DNA from: an uncultured archaeon | GTDB lineage: Archaea > Nanohalarchaeota > Nanosalinia > Nanosalinales > Nanosalinaceae | NCBI GenBank assembly: GCA_964421955.1 | Contig: CAYQYU010000002.1 | Span: 1 to 64,000, forward strand | Direction of reading: 5' to 3' | DNA: 64,000 bases | In this document: positions 39,152 through 48,810 of the stretch, piece by piece | Layout: every line of letters starts with the position of its first letter | How positions within the stretch are numbered: the stretch's first letter is position 1 | The notes under the pieces: generated by a model | The model's database searches: none | Told to the model about the DNA's origin: nothing | The model's input: only the letters and a program-made list of their open reading frames with translations | Translations under genes and position numbers: made by a program

Positions 39152-40317
39152 CGGTGCTCGGTTCTCTTGTCGTGTTCCTTCCTGATAACTGTATTGAGTT
39201 CGTTCAGGGCCTCATCTAGCGTGTCCAGCAGATCCCATCCTTCCTCGTTTATCGCTGTAACTCCGTACTCGCTTGAGAGATTAAGGTCAAGCTCCCAGCG
39301 GTGTTTTTTACCATCCTTCTCCTTCTTCTTGACCCTGAGCTTCAGCTCCTCCGGCCGCTTCAGTTTTCTTCCCAGCGATCCCTGGAGCTGCTTCCGGATC
39401 TTGTTGTGAAGAACTGCCTTTTCCTCTGGAAGGTCCGCTCCTGTGATCTGGACCATTATGGTCTGCTGCTTTGCAAGCTCCGCGAGGTAGTCAACTAGAT
39501 CCTTCAGAGTGATAATTGCCTCCGGATAGCTGTCTTCGACAAAGATTATGTCATCTTCTCCTTCATCCAGCATCTTCTTCACTGCCTCGATTCCTGCCAT
39601 GTGATCCTCGCTGGTTGACGGGTTCTCCTGCATCAGCTGGTCAACAGTTATCTCAGACATGTCCTCGCGCTCTCTTCCACCCGCGATATAGACTTTGTCG
39701 CTTTGCCTGTCTCCCGAGGTTCCTCCCGAGGGCTGTCGGTCGCGCTTGATCATCATCCCGAGAATGTCTACGCTGTCAATAATGCCCGAGAGATCGCCGT
39801 CGCCGCCGACTACCGGTAGCCGGGAAATGTTGTTGTCCAGCATCGCGTGCCGGACCTCGTCGAGCACATCGTCTTCGCTCACAGTTATTAGTCCTCTTGT
39901 CGCGAGCCTGCCAGTTGAAACTTCCTTCAGCTCCGTGACTTCTCCCAGAGCTTCAAGGAACTCATAGTCGCCTATAATTCCCTTTAGCTTCTCACCTTCA
40001 AGCGCCACCATCATCTTTCTTCCCGAGTTGATCCTGAGATCGGAGAGTTCCACCAGATTGTCTCCGGCATCAAATTCCGGCGGCTGGTGCATCATTTTTT
40101 CAGGAGCAGTTATCTCCGGGTTGAACTGGACGAAACGCACAAGTTCACGGTAACTTACCGCTCCAGCAAACTTGCCTTCCTCGTCCAGAACAGGGATTGC
40201 CCGGAGCTCGTTCTCCTCCATCCTGTTCTTTATCTGGGATACAGACTCCTCTGTGGAGGCAGTCACCGGGTCCCGGTTCATTACTTCCTCGGCCGAAATC
40301 TCGAACGCTGATCTCAT
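39148..40317 (-). CDS. four-CBS-domain protein with C-terminal HPF/RaiA-like domain (archaeal ribosome hibernation factor type)
   Basis: CBS motifs (AIPVLD, ISRLPVV); C-terminus RWELDLNL...EGWDLLDTLDEALNELNTVIRK resembles HPF. Confidence 0.8.
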   Translation of the reverse strand: MRSAFEISAEEVMNRDPVTASTEESVSQIKNRMEENELRAIPVLDEEGKFAGAVSYRELVRFVQFNPEITAPEKMMHQPPEFDAGDNLVELSDLRINSGRKMMVALEGEKLKGIIGDYEFLEALGEVTELKEVSTGRLATRGLITVSEDDVLDEVRHAMLDNNISRLPVVGGDGDLSGIIDSVDILGMMIKRDRQPSGGTSGDRQSDKVYIAGGREREDMSEITVDQLMQENPSTSEDHMAGIEAVKKMLDEGEDDIIFVEDSYPEAIITLKDLVDYLAELAKQQTIMVQITGADLPEEKAVLHNKIRKQLQGSLGRKLKRPEELKLRVKKKEKDGKKHRWELDLNLSSEYGVTAINEEGWDLLDTLDEALNELNTVIRKEHDKRTEHR

Positions 40318-40328
40318 CAGTTGAAACC

Positions 40329-40829
40329 TCAGTCAACCAGGAACTTGTCCGGGTTGTCGTCCATATCTATGAAGTTGTCCGCAGCTTCCCTGAGCTCTTT
40401 CGCCGAGGACTTTCCGAAGCTCATGACCTCGACACGGCATCCTTCCGCCCTGAGATGGGTTACAAGCGATGCGAAGTCTCCATCACCCGTTACAAGGACG
40501 ATGGTGTCGAGCTTCTGGGCCTGCTGGATCATATCGATCGTCATTCCAAGGTCCCAGTCTCCCTTCTTCTGTCCGCCGTAGAACTCCTTGAGCTCTTTCA
40601 CACGGACTTCATATCCGATACGTCTCAGGGCTTCGAAAAAGTCTTCCTCGTCGGGAGTATCCGCCTTGATAACGTAGGCGGAAGCCCTCACTAGCTTCCG
40701 GTTCATGACTGCGTGGTCAAGAAGCTTTGAGAAGTCAACCTTTGATTCGTACAGGTTTTTTGCGCTGTAGTACATATTCTGGACGTCGACGTATACGCCG
40801 ACTCTCTGATCTTTGTGTATATCTGACAT
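40329..40829 (-). CDS. NYN domain (LabA/DUF88) protein
   Basis: VYVDVQN, KGDWD, TGDGDF, SAKELREAADNFID. Confidence 0.92.
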   Translation of the reverse strand: MSDIHKDQRVGVYVDVQNMYYSAKNLYESKVDFSKLLDHAVMNRKLVRASAYVIKADTPDEEDFFEALRRIGYEVRVKELKEFYGGQKKGDWDLGMTIDMIQQAQKLDTIVLVTGDGDFASLVTHLRAEGCRVEVMSFGKSSAKELREAADNFIDMDDNPDKFLVD

Positions 40830-40850
40830 TCGTTATTCACCGTAAAAGAA

Positions 40851-40871
40851 AATCGATCACAAGAATCGATT
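40851..40871. promoter_or_regulatory. palindrome AATCGAT-N7-ATCGATT between the TATA box and the NYN start
   Basis: Perfect 7-7-7 inverted repeat adjacent to TATATA at 40873-40878. Confidence 0.5.
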
Positions 40872-40909
40872 CTATATACAGTTCAAACGCGGTGGACAGA
40901 CTTAAAAGG

Positions 40910-41866
40910 CTACCCATCGGGCGATGGATTCGGCAGGTACCGGTCGAGCTTCGGCAAAGTATTGCCGTTCCGGAAAATTTCGACTAGAGAGCCACATATA
41001 GCCTGCCTGACGAAATAGTAGAGTGATACGTACGCGACTGCCTCCCCCGAGATCTGTGAGGCGATGAATAGCGATATCGCGATACCTTTCGAGCCCGATA
41101 CAAACGCGAGTGCGCGGGCCTTTCTCTCCATTACACCTAATCCGCGTGAGATGAAGTATGCTGCGCCAAACGAGAAAAGCGTGAAGCCAGCAAGTATCAG
41201 CACTCCGATGCCGAGATCGCCGAGGAATCCCAGTCCCTGAGTCTCGTATATCAGCCTGAACTGGACCGCAAAAACGAGCACTAGAAGCCATAGCGCAACT
41301 TTTGAGAAATGGTGCCTGAGGTCGTTGATGACAAAGTTCTCGAGGCGCTGGCTCCCGGCCCCAAGTGCAAGCGGTACTCCCAGGAAAAGCAGGTTGTTGA
41401 CTGCGATGTCTACCACCTGTACTGATGCCGAGAAGCCCAGGAGCAGTAGAGGTATAACCAGAATGCCCAGTATCAACGATGAACCCGAAACTATGAGCGC
41501 AAGGTCGCCCTCCCCCTTGCTGAGGTTGGAGAATACCACAGGGGATCCTATCGCCGCTGCAGAGACACCGATTGCGATGAAGGCGTCCGCCAGGGCTCCC
41601 CCGACCGCTGTAGCAATGAGAAAGGCGGTGACAGGAGTGAGTATGTAGACAAAGGAAAGGCCCAGTAGAGCCTCCCTCGGATGGTGTACAGATTTTCTTA
41701 GCCGGTCAATGTCGAGATGGAGGCCAATCAGGAAGAAGAGTATCGCGATGAGTGCCGTAAACAGGGTATTGGAAATTAGCGAACCCGTTATGAAGTACGA
41801 AACGGTCACTGCACCCAGTACTATCGCCAGGAACTCTAGGTCCAGCTTTATACCGTGGACAGGCAT
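40910..41866 (-). CDS. bile acid:sodium symporter family transporter
   Basis: About 10 TMs, FFLIGL, SNLSKGEGDLAL. Confidence 0.82.
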   Translation of the reverse strand: MPVHGIKLDLEFLAIVLGAVTVSYFITGSLISNTLFTALIAILFFLIGLHLDIDRLRKSVHHPREALLGLSFVYILTPVTAFLIATAVGGALADAFIAIGVSAAAIGSPVVFSNLSKGEGDLALIVSGSSLILGILVIPLLLLGFSASVQVVDIAVNNLLFLGVPLALGAGSQRLENFVINDLRHHFSKVALWLLVLVFAVQFRLIYETQGLGFLGDLGIGVLILAGFTLFSFGAAYFISRGLGVMERKARALAFVSGSKGIAISLFIASQISGEAVAYVSLYYFVRQAICGSLVEIFRNGNTLPKLDRYLPNPSPDG

Positions 41867-42000
41867 GGAAAAGTTTAGAGCGCTGCCCGTTTATTTAACT
41901 ATCATACAAAGTTGTGCTCTCACTTCCCCTGGAACGTCTGGTGTTAAGTATATCTTTTCATTTAAACCAGAGGAGGGATATTAAGCACAGGAGGTAATAA

Positions 42001-42370
42001 ATGGACGTCATAGATGAAATGGTGGATGATATTCCGACCGAGAGACCCTGGGAAGAAATCAACATGGCCCTGGGAAACGATACACGGAGATACGTGATTT
42101 ACCATTTCATAGAGCATGAAAAAGACGTTGAAAACGAAGAAAGACTGGCGGAAGAAGTTGTAAAGAGAAAAAAACGAGATTGGGTCGGGTGGGCTTGTAT
42201 CCATCGGAAACGAAAGAATCAGGTTAAGACATTCAACTATTCCAAAACTGGAGGACCTTGGATTTATCGAATACGATGAGAGAACAGGCGATGTTGTCTA
42301 CAACGCCGATCCTGACCTGGAGGCAATCGCGAGGTTTGCTCTCCAGTACGAAAGAAAGCACCTTCTCTGA
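42001..42370 (+). pseudogene. frameshifted haloarchaeal-type winged-helix protein (DUF7344-like)
   Basis: N-terminal half ALGNDTRRYVI...LAEEVVKR; after the AAGAG-A7 tract near 42170 the +1 frame reads ...RLRHSTIPKLEDLGFIEYDERTGDV...HLL*. Confidence 0.8.
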
Positions 42371-42446
42371 GTTCTTTGTACATTCGACTGGCTTTGTGAG
42401 ACTGTAACTTTACTTTTAATTGAAAATAACCTTATTCAGCCATGTT

Positions 42447-43598
42447 ATGACACAGGACCCCTCTCGAAGGCAGGTTCTCAAAGCTCTGGGAGGAACCGCC
42501 GCACTGGCATCCGCTGCAGGATGTTCAAGTATTGAAGACCTTACCGGCGGTGGTGCCCCGGAAACAACCCCGACTCCAGAGGAAAATGGTACAAACACGA
42601 CCCCGGACAAGGACCGGGACCTCCAGGACGACCTGAAACGGCTGAACAACTTCAAGCTCGGGGAGAGAGGCTTCGAGTCCTGGGAAGATGCCAACAGAAT
42701 TCTCACAGTTGACGGCGCCCGTAATATCGAGGGAGCTGTGAGAATTCAGGATGTAACAGGAGAGGGAGAAATACAGGCAAGGTACCTCCAGGGAGCCGGG
42801 GCGGTCGAGGCCTTCCTTGCGGATTCTGCGTACAGGATGGGCGAGTTACTTCGGGTGGTGATGGATGGCGAACTCGAAAACAACAGTTTCAACTCGCTAG
42901 CGCTGTCAGCCATTGACCAGGAAGGATTCGGTTATGGTATACGGATGAACGAGGAGCTCACCAAAAACTTCTACAACCAGATTGAGGGCCTCGGGGACCA
43001 GGGGCTTGACTCTGAGATGCAGTCCATGCTCATCCAGCCGGAGAAAGGCAAGACAAACAGGTATCATGCCCCGGAGGACAAGACGCCTGGCATCTACCTG
43101 GAGCAGGGACAGAGAAGAAATCTCAGTTTCGGTGACGAGACATATATTGTCCAGGCTCTTGATATAAGGAACGAAGGAGCCGAAATACTGGTAAAAACCG
43201 GTGATGAAGAGGTAACGCCGTTCATAGAGTTTGATACGCTGGAAAGAGTGGAAAACCGGCGCCTTAGAGCAGTCGATGACCCTGTTGGAGACTACGGTGA
43301 TGGAATAGCCGTCGAATCACTCCTCCTGGACTGTGACAAATTGCAGGAAAATATCTATACCGGCGACACGCGCAACCTCACTCACAGGGATCATGACTAC
43401 GCGATTGAGGTAGAAGAAATTCTTGACGGTGAAAGAGTCAATATCACGAACCACGATCCTGGGGGCAATGAGATCATCAAGGAGCTGGGGCAGGGAGACC
43501 GATACGAGTTCGACATGAATATGAGCTACACCTTCGACCAGGTTCTGCAAACTAATGGAAGCGAGGGTGTCGCAGTTATCTCGGTCGAGCAGTGCTAG
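42447..43598 (+). CDS. Tat-exported lipoprotein
   Basis: SRRQVLK twin-Arg motif, lipobox AAGC, Thr/Pro linker. Confidence 0.82.
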   Translation: MTQDPSRRQVLKALGGTAALASAAGCSSIEDLTGGGAPETTPTPEENGTNTTPDKDRDLQDDLKRLNNFKLGERGFESWEDANRILTVDGARNIEGAVRIQDVTGEGEIQARYLQGAGAVEAFLADSAYRMGELLRVVMDGELENNSFNSLALSAIDQEGFGYGIRMNEELTKNFYNQIEGLGDQGLDSEMQSMLIQPEKGKTNRYHAPEDKTPGIYLEQGQRRNLSFGDETYIVQALDIRNEGAEILVKTGDEEVTPFIEFDTLERVENRRLRAVDDPVGDYGDGIAVESLLLDCDKLQENIYTGDTRNLTHRDHDYAIEVEEILDGERVNITNHDPGGNEIIKELGQGDRYEFDMNMSYTFDQVLQTNGSEGVAVISVEQC

Positions 43599-44434
43599 TT
43601 CCTGAGACTCCTGATTTTCTCGATGTTTCTCCCAAAATCATCCTGTCCACCTGGAGTCTCTAGCATCATCGGCAGGTTCTCTAGTTTCTCCGAGTTGACG
43701 ACGTTCCTGAATCCTTCCTCACCAATATTGCCCTCGCCGATGTGCTCGTGGTTGTCCTTCTCGCTGCCCCGGGGATCTTTTGAATCGTTGAGGTGGAGAA
43801 CCTTGATGCGGTCAAGCCCGAGGTCCTCCTCGAGCTCCTGGACCATATCCTCGAATCCCTCCTCGCTTCTCAAGTCATAGCCCGCTGAGTGTGCGTGGCA
43901 GGTGTCAACACAGACACCTATCTTCTCATCGGGAGTATCTGCATGATCGATCATCTGCCGGAGCTCCCCAAAACTTTTGCCGAGCGTCGTACCCTTGCCT
44001 GCAGTGTTTTCGAGCAATAGAGTGACTCCTTCAGGGATATCGAGCGAGTCGATACCCTCCGCGATACGTTCAATGCCGTTTTCCCTTCCCGAGCCCGTGT
44101 GGGCGCCGGGATGAAAGACCACGTATTCTACTCCTAATATTTCTGCAGCCTCCAGCTCTGCCTGGAGACAGTTAAGCGATTTCTCGAAAAGGTCGTCCTT
44201 CGGCGTCGCGAGATTAACAAGATAGGTTGAGTGGATCACGTAGGGTTTCTGGTCTTTCTTTTCCATAAGTTCCTGGAATTTTTCTCCTTCTTCCCCTGAA
44301 TACTCGGCGACCTTCCAGCCCCGGGGACTTCCCGCAAAGATCTGGCCACAGTTGCCGCTGATTTTTTCCTGGCGTTCAATAGCTTTTTCCACTCCTCCGG
44401 AAACCGAAACGTGTGCACCTATTCTGAAACTCAT
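43595..44434 (-). CDS. nfo: endonuclease IV
   Basis: IGAHVS, FHPG, LENTAG, DTCH, HLNDSK, DNHEHIG, LETP. Confidence 0.96.
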   Translation of the reverse strand: MSFRIGAHVSVSGGVEKAIERQEKISGNCGQIFAGSPRGWKVAEYSGEEGEKFQELMEKKDQKPYVIHSTYLVNLATPKDDLFEKSLNCLQAELEAAEILGVEYVVFHPGAHTGSGRENGIERIAEGIDSLDIPEGVTLLLENTAGKGTTLGKSFGELRQMIDHADTPDEKIGVCVDTCHAHSAGYDLRSEEGFEDMVQELEEDLGLDRIKVLHLNDSKDPRGSEKDNHEHIGEGNIGEEGFRNVVNSEKLENLPMMLETPGGQDDFGRNIEKIRSLRN

Positions 44435-44503
44435 GTTGAAAAATTCCGGATACTAACTTCAAAATAGTTTCGAGTCATGAAAATTGTCTACTGACGTACT
44501 TTA

Positions 44504-44575
44504 CGCCCTGGGCATGGGAGACCGGGTTGTTGACGACACTTTGTTGAACCGGCCTGTCCCGGCTAGTTGAGGGTG
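44504..44575 (+). other. long imperfect intergenic hairpin, candidate small RNA
   Basis: Nested pairings CGCCCT/AGGGTG, GGGA/TCCC, CCGG/CCGG, GTT/AAC, TTGACGA/TTGTTGA with G-U pairs. Confidence 0.35.
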
Positions 44576-44601
44576 ACCGGGAAAATAACTGAACTTGTTG
44601 A

Positions 44602-45960
44602 CTAGATCTTGTAGCTGTCTAGAGGCTCCAGAACTTCAGCTGTTTTCTGGGGTCTTGAACCTTCTATGGAGCCTCCTATCTCAACAAGAGCGTATTCCAC
44701 TCCAGGTTCTGCTCCTTCAATCACGTACGGTAGGCCGCTGCCATAGTGCTTCCCCCATGTTTCGCCTCCATCAGTTTCAACCATTTCGACAACTTTGACT
44801 TCCGGTTCGAGAGTATGCAGGTCCTGGTTCAGTTCGGCAATATCTTCCAGACCTCTATCTTCAAGGATGTTATGCACCGGTTCAAGGTCCAGGTCTTCTC
44901 TCTTATTTCCATTAGACTGTTCCCGTAACCGTCCTTTATTCTCCAGTTTTCTCCTGCGTTCCAGTTCTTCCCGGGATTCCGGGTTAGGCGAGGTGCCAGG
45001 CCTGAAGCCTTCTGATCCCCTGCCCGGTGTTCTCCTGGAACTTCTTCTGTTTCCAGTATGGTTGTTCCTGAAGCTTCTATTGTTTGATTCTCCGTCCCAT
45101 TGAGTGAATATTTCTCTTTCCTGCCGGCTTTCGTCCTCGCTCTCGTTTCTTTCCTCTACTTCCGAGATAAACTCATCCCAGTAGCTGGGATTATAATCTA
45201 TTACATTGAGCCCTGCATCCAGTGTCTCTGCCAGTTGTTCCGCCACTATATAGATTTCACTTCTTTCTTTGAGTTCCCCTGACACAGATTCAGTATCGTA
45301 GATCTGAGAGAAATCTTCCACATCGTATCCCGGAGTTAGAACATCGAGCTGGGGCGGAGGATGGTCCTGCATGAGCTCCTCGTCGAGCCGGTCCAGTATT
45401 TCTAGGTTCTCATCGCTGAAGCCAGTTACTTCATCTTCGGGGCTGTTGATTCTTTCCAGCATCCTCAGTCTCTCCACGAGTTCTTCTCCTGCCTGGTATC
45501 TCTTTCCTCTTGTCCTTCCCTCTGCTTGGAGATAGTCGTTATCTACCAGCTTTAATCTTATATTACTGACATACGAACTGTTATCTCCGAATTCTAATCC
45601 TCTTTCAAGTATCTTTCTTCGGGTTTCTTCACGCTTTTCTCCTTCTATAGCACCGGTCATTACATACAGGTCTCTTCCAAATGTTTCCTCGAGAGTTATA
45701 TCCTGATGAGCGGAGGACTGGAATTCTGGTGGGCTGGAGTAAGTTTTGGCTCCTCTTTTCCCTCTTGACTGGAGAAAACCTTCTTCCTCAAGTTCACTGG
45801 TCCATTCAGAAACAGTTCTTTGATGGATGTCAAGAAGATCAGCGATCGTAGAATCCGAGACGTTTCTTACCCTTGCTTTCCAGAGAGCTTTTTCTTCAGG
45901 ATCAAGCCCCAGGAGCTTTTCATCTACTGATGTTTCATTCCTTCTGGTCTCGGAACTCAC
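44602..45960 (-). CDS. protein with two winged-helix-like segments and a C-terminal TRAM-like domain
   Basis: HQRTVSEWTSELEEEGFL..G.R..K.Y repeated in a second unit; C-terminal YVIEGAEPG...AEVLE. Confidence 0.6.
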   Translation of the reverse strand: MSSETRRNETSVDEKLLGLDPEEKALWKARVRNVSDSTIADLLDIHQRTVSEWTSELEEEGFLQSRGKRGAKTYSSPPEFQSSAHQDITLEETFGRDLYVMTGAIEGEKREETRRKILERGLEFGDNSSYVSNIRLKLVDNDYLQAEGRTRGKRYQAGEELVERLRMLERINSPEDEVTGFSDENLEILDRLDEELMQDHPPPQLDVLTPGYDVEDFSQIYDTESVSGELKERSEIYIVAEQLAETLDAGLNVIDYNPSYWDEFISEVEERNESEDESRQEREIFTQWDGESNNRSFRNNHTGNRRSSRRTPGRGSEGFRPGTSPNPESREELERRRKLENKGRLREQSNGNKREDLDLEPVHNILEDRGLEDIAELNQDLHTLEPEVKVVEMVETDGGETWGKHYGSGLPYVIEGAEPGVEYALVEIGGSIEGSRPQKTAEVLEPLDSYKI

Positions 45961-46003
45961 AACGTCCTATAGGGATACGAGTTTTATTTATTCTATGGTG
46001 ACA

Positions 46004-46564
46004 TCACGTGTCGTGGTCCTGGTAGGGTTCGCCGTACTTGTCGCTGAGAAGATTGACTGCAGCCTTTGCGCCGTCACCCATTGCCACTGATGTCTGGTAC
46101 TCCCAGGTGTTGATCAAGCCTGCTGCGTAAAGGCCTTCCATTATGCGGTTGCCGTTGTTGGTTACCACGTGTTCATCCATCCAGTAAGGGCCTTCCACAC
46201 CCTCCTCGAACTCGATATCAAGAGGCTCGAGGTAGTCGGTCATCCCTGCGCTTGCGACTATAACGTACTCGGCCTCGTACTCGTCTTCCTCGGTGGAAAC
46301 CTTGAACCTACCATCGTTTTTCTCCAGCTTCTCGACGGTTTCCTCACGGTACTCCCCATCGAACTCCTCGAGCTTGTCTCTGCCGCTTCTCAGAAGTTCT
46401 TGTCCCGAGATCGATTCGTGACCGACCAGGTTCTGGATGTTCGCGGTGTTGTAAACCAGTGATTCATCCGAGTCGAGAACCAGGGTTTCCTCCCCAGCTT
46501 TTGAAGTAAAAACCCCGGCCTGTAGACCGGAGATACCGCCCCCGATCACGATTACATCCTTCAT
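46004..46564 (-). CDS. short FAD-dependent oxidoreductase (thioredoxin-reductase-like)
   Basis: DVIVIGGGISG, GLYAAG, QTSVAMGDGAKAA. Confidence 0.85.
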   Translation of the reverse strand: MKDVIVIGGGISGLQAGVFTSKAGEETLVLDSDESLVYNTANIQNLVGHESISGQELLRSGRDKLEEFDGEYREETVEKLEKNDGRFKVSTEEDEYEAEYVIVASAGMTDYLEPLDIEFEEGVEGPYWMDEHVVTNNGNRIMEGLYAAGLINTWEYQTSVAMGDGAKAAVNLLSDKYGEPYQDHDT

Positions 46565-46754
46565 GGCAACTTTTTGAGACCCGATAATTAAGAATACTTC
46601 CTCTGATCCTCAGAGATATCTACGGGATTGATATGACCCGGCCCCGGGATGGAGAAAGTTTTTGTAGAGCTGGAAGATGAAGAATTGGTGATGAAGATTG
46701 CAAGTCCAGAAGACTTTAAAGGATACTTTTCTAGATTTGCCAGGAGAAATACAC

Positions 46755-47294
46755 TTAGTCTTGCCAGATCGGGGATAATTTTTCCGTGATTCTTGAAAGC
46801 CTCCTACAGAGGTATAAACCGAATGAATCCTCGGAATTATCGGCTTTAACATACTCCTCGAGGTGCTGATTATCCGGGTAAACCTCATCTGCAAGCGCCC
46901 ATTTCACCTCATCAAAGTGTTCTCCTGGCTCTACTAGCCCTCGATCCTTGTTGTATTCCACAAGGTCAATTTTATCAAGAGTGTCGAGATGGCCCTGGTA
47001 AAGACCCACATAAACCTTTTCACGCTCTCCAGAGGTAATCTGCTCCGGGCTTTTGTCATTCTCAATTGCAGCAACGTGTTCAGCTAGTTCCCCCGTCTTG
47101 AAAGATTCCTTATGATCTCTATTCTCAAGCATGTACTCCATAATGTAGCGTCGTCGATTATTGCTGAGTAGTGTGAAAAGAGTGTTTTTGTCCAGCTCCT
47201 GATCTTCCTCCAGTGCGTCTTTTACAGCTTCAAGCTCATCATCTAGTTGATCCTGTTCTTCTGGACCCCTATTTTCATTTTTATCATCGTCCAT
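46755..47294 (-). CDS. haloarchaeal-type winged-helix protein (DUF7344-like)
   Basis: LFTLLSNNRRRY, ELAEHVAAIEN, VYVGLYQGHL..L...LVEYN. Confidence 0.8.
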   Translation of the reverse strand: MDDDKNENRGPEEQDQLDDELEAVKDALEEDQELDKNTLFTLLSNNRRRYIMEYMLENRDHKESFKTGELAEHVAAIENDKSPEQITSGEREKVYVGLYQGHLDTLDKIDLVEYNKDRGLVEPGEHFDEVKWALADEVYPDNQHLEEYVKADNSEDSFGLYLCRRLSRITEKLSPIWQD

Positions 47295-47388
47295 GGTATC
47301 AGAGTGGTTATCATGTGTGGGGTGTTCCAAGCTGGTTATGTAGAGATGAAATCGCGGAAAAATACAAAAGAAAGAGGGAGAAAGCCCC

Positions 47389-47997
47389 TCAGTCTTCAAA
47401 AGTTTCCACTATGTCCCGATAGCGTTCAGTCACGGAGGACCAGTCGACGACCTCGAAGAAATTCTCTATGAAGTCGCCGCGATCAGGCCCATAGTCGTGG
47501 TAGTAGCTGTGTTCCCATACATCAAGCGCCAGTATTGGATGTGCGCCCCAGACCGCGCCCTGGTCGTGCTTGTCAACCACCACGTTGTGCAACTCGTTGC
47601 TGTATGGAACGTAGACAAGTAATGCCCAGCCGGACGCGTTCTTTGCCGCGGCGACAAACTCTTTCTTCCAGTTATCGTACGATCCAAAGTCTTCCTGGAT
47701 GCGCTCTCTCAGCTTGCCTTCCGGCTTCCCTCCCCCGTCCGGAGCCATCGAGTCCCAGAAGACGTTGTGGAGAATGTTGCCGCAGAAGTTGTGGGTGAAA
47801 CTCCTGAGGATCGAACCCGTGTCCGAAAAATCTCCTTTTTCACGCTGTTTATCAAGATTTTTTTCGGCGTCATTCCAGCCGTTGACGTATCCCTGGTGAT
47901 GGGTGTCGTGGTGCCATTCAAGCACCTGCCGGGAGATGTGCGGGGTTAGAGCATCGTAATCGTATGGAAGTTTCATCAGTCCGTGTTCTTCAGACAT
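47389..47997 (-). CDS. sod: Mn/Fe superoxide dismutase
   Basis: LPYDYDAL, WHHDTHHQGY, DVWEHSYY. Confidence 0.97.
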   Translation of the reverse strand: MSEEHGLMKLPYDYDALTPHISRQVLEWHHDTHHQGYVNGWNDAEKNLDKQREKGDFSDTGSILRSFTHNFCGNILHNVFWDSMAPDGGGKPEGKLRERIQEDFGSYDNWKKEFVAAAKNASGWALLVYVPYSNELHNVVVDKHDQGAVWGAHPILALDVWEHSYYHDYGPDRGDFIENFFEVVDWSSVTERYRDIVETFED

Positions 47998-48084
47998 AGA
48001 GAATTCACCTATGCTTAAAGCTTGTAAGAAGAGAGTTAAACAGTTTAGGGTGGAAATAGAAAGGGAAGAAAAAGGAGTCGGGAG

Positions 48085-48723
48085 TTACTGTCCCGAACTG
48101 TTGAGCTGTGGTTGCTGCTGTGCCTGGGCCAGCCTCTGCTGTAGAGGCACCGGGTTCATCATCTGGCCTGTCAGAGGATTGGTCTGGATCGGTATCAGTA
48201 GTTCACCGTCAAAGGTAACATAAGCCGGCTGTGACTGGCTGACCGTGCCGTTCGGACCATCCCGAGACATGCTGACATTGACGTAGTACAGTCCATGCCT
48301 TGCTTCTGGTGTGGAAACTTCCACACTGCCGTTGAATCCGCCAGCGGATATAAGCTCACGGACATCTCCCTGTACCTGTGAAGCAGCGACTCTATCCTGG
48401 CCTCCCGCGCCGGGCGACATCACAAAGCTCGCGGCTACAAGGCCGACGAGGAGTCCGACAATCAGGCCTCCTCCAAGGGCTGAAACAGGTGAGACCGAGC
48501 TAAGCAACATTTCGTCCTCTGCATCTTCTTTGCCAATCTCGTACTCCTGCTGTTCGAGCTGCTTCTCGATCCACTCCCTGAGAGTCTTCCTGTTCTTACC
48601 ATCGATCTCCAACTCAAGAAGTTCCTCAAAATCAGCTTCTTCAAGCTCTCTTATAGCATTTTTCGCCTCTTTAACTGTTCCATCAAGAATGTCTTCATAA
48701 TCCGTATTATCTGCCATACACAA
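48085..48723 (-). CDS. single-pass membrane protein
   Basis: N-terminal helical E..GKNRKTL.EWI motif, TM, C-terminal GLYYV...YVTFDGELLIP. Confidence 0.7.
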   Translation of the reverse strand: MCMADNTDYEDILDGTVKEAKNAIRELEEADFEELLELEIDGKNRKTLREWIEKQLEQQEYEIGKEDAEDEMLLSSVSPVSALGGGLIVGLLVGLVAASFVMSPGAGGQDRVAASQVQGDVRELISAGGFNGSVEVSTPEARHGLYYVNVSMSRDGPNGTVSQSQPAYVTFDGELLIPIQTNPLTGQMMNPVPLQQRLAQAQQQPQLNSSGQ

Positions 48724-48810
48724 GCTTTAAAGCCAGAATCTTTTAAAAATTATTAGGAGAGACCGAAGGAGAGCATTCTCTGCCGGATAAAATCCTGGAA
48801 GTTAATTGGG

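Noticed and set aside
46649-46790. 46-codon + strand ORF resembling a kinase N-lobe fragment (KVFVELEDEELVMKIA)
   Set aside because: Too short, overlaps a convergent gene, and has no further kinase motifs.
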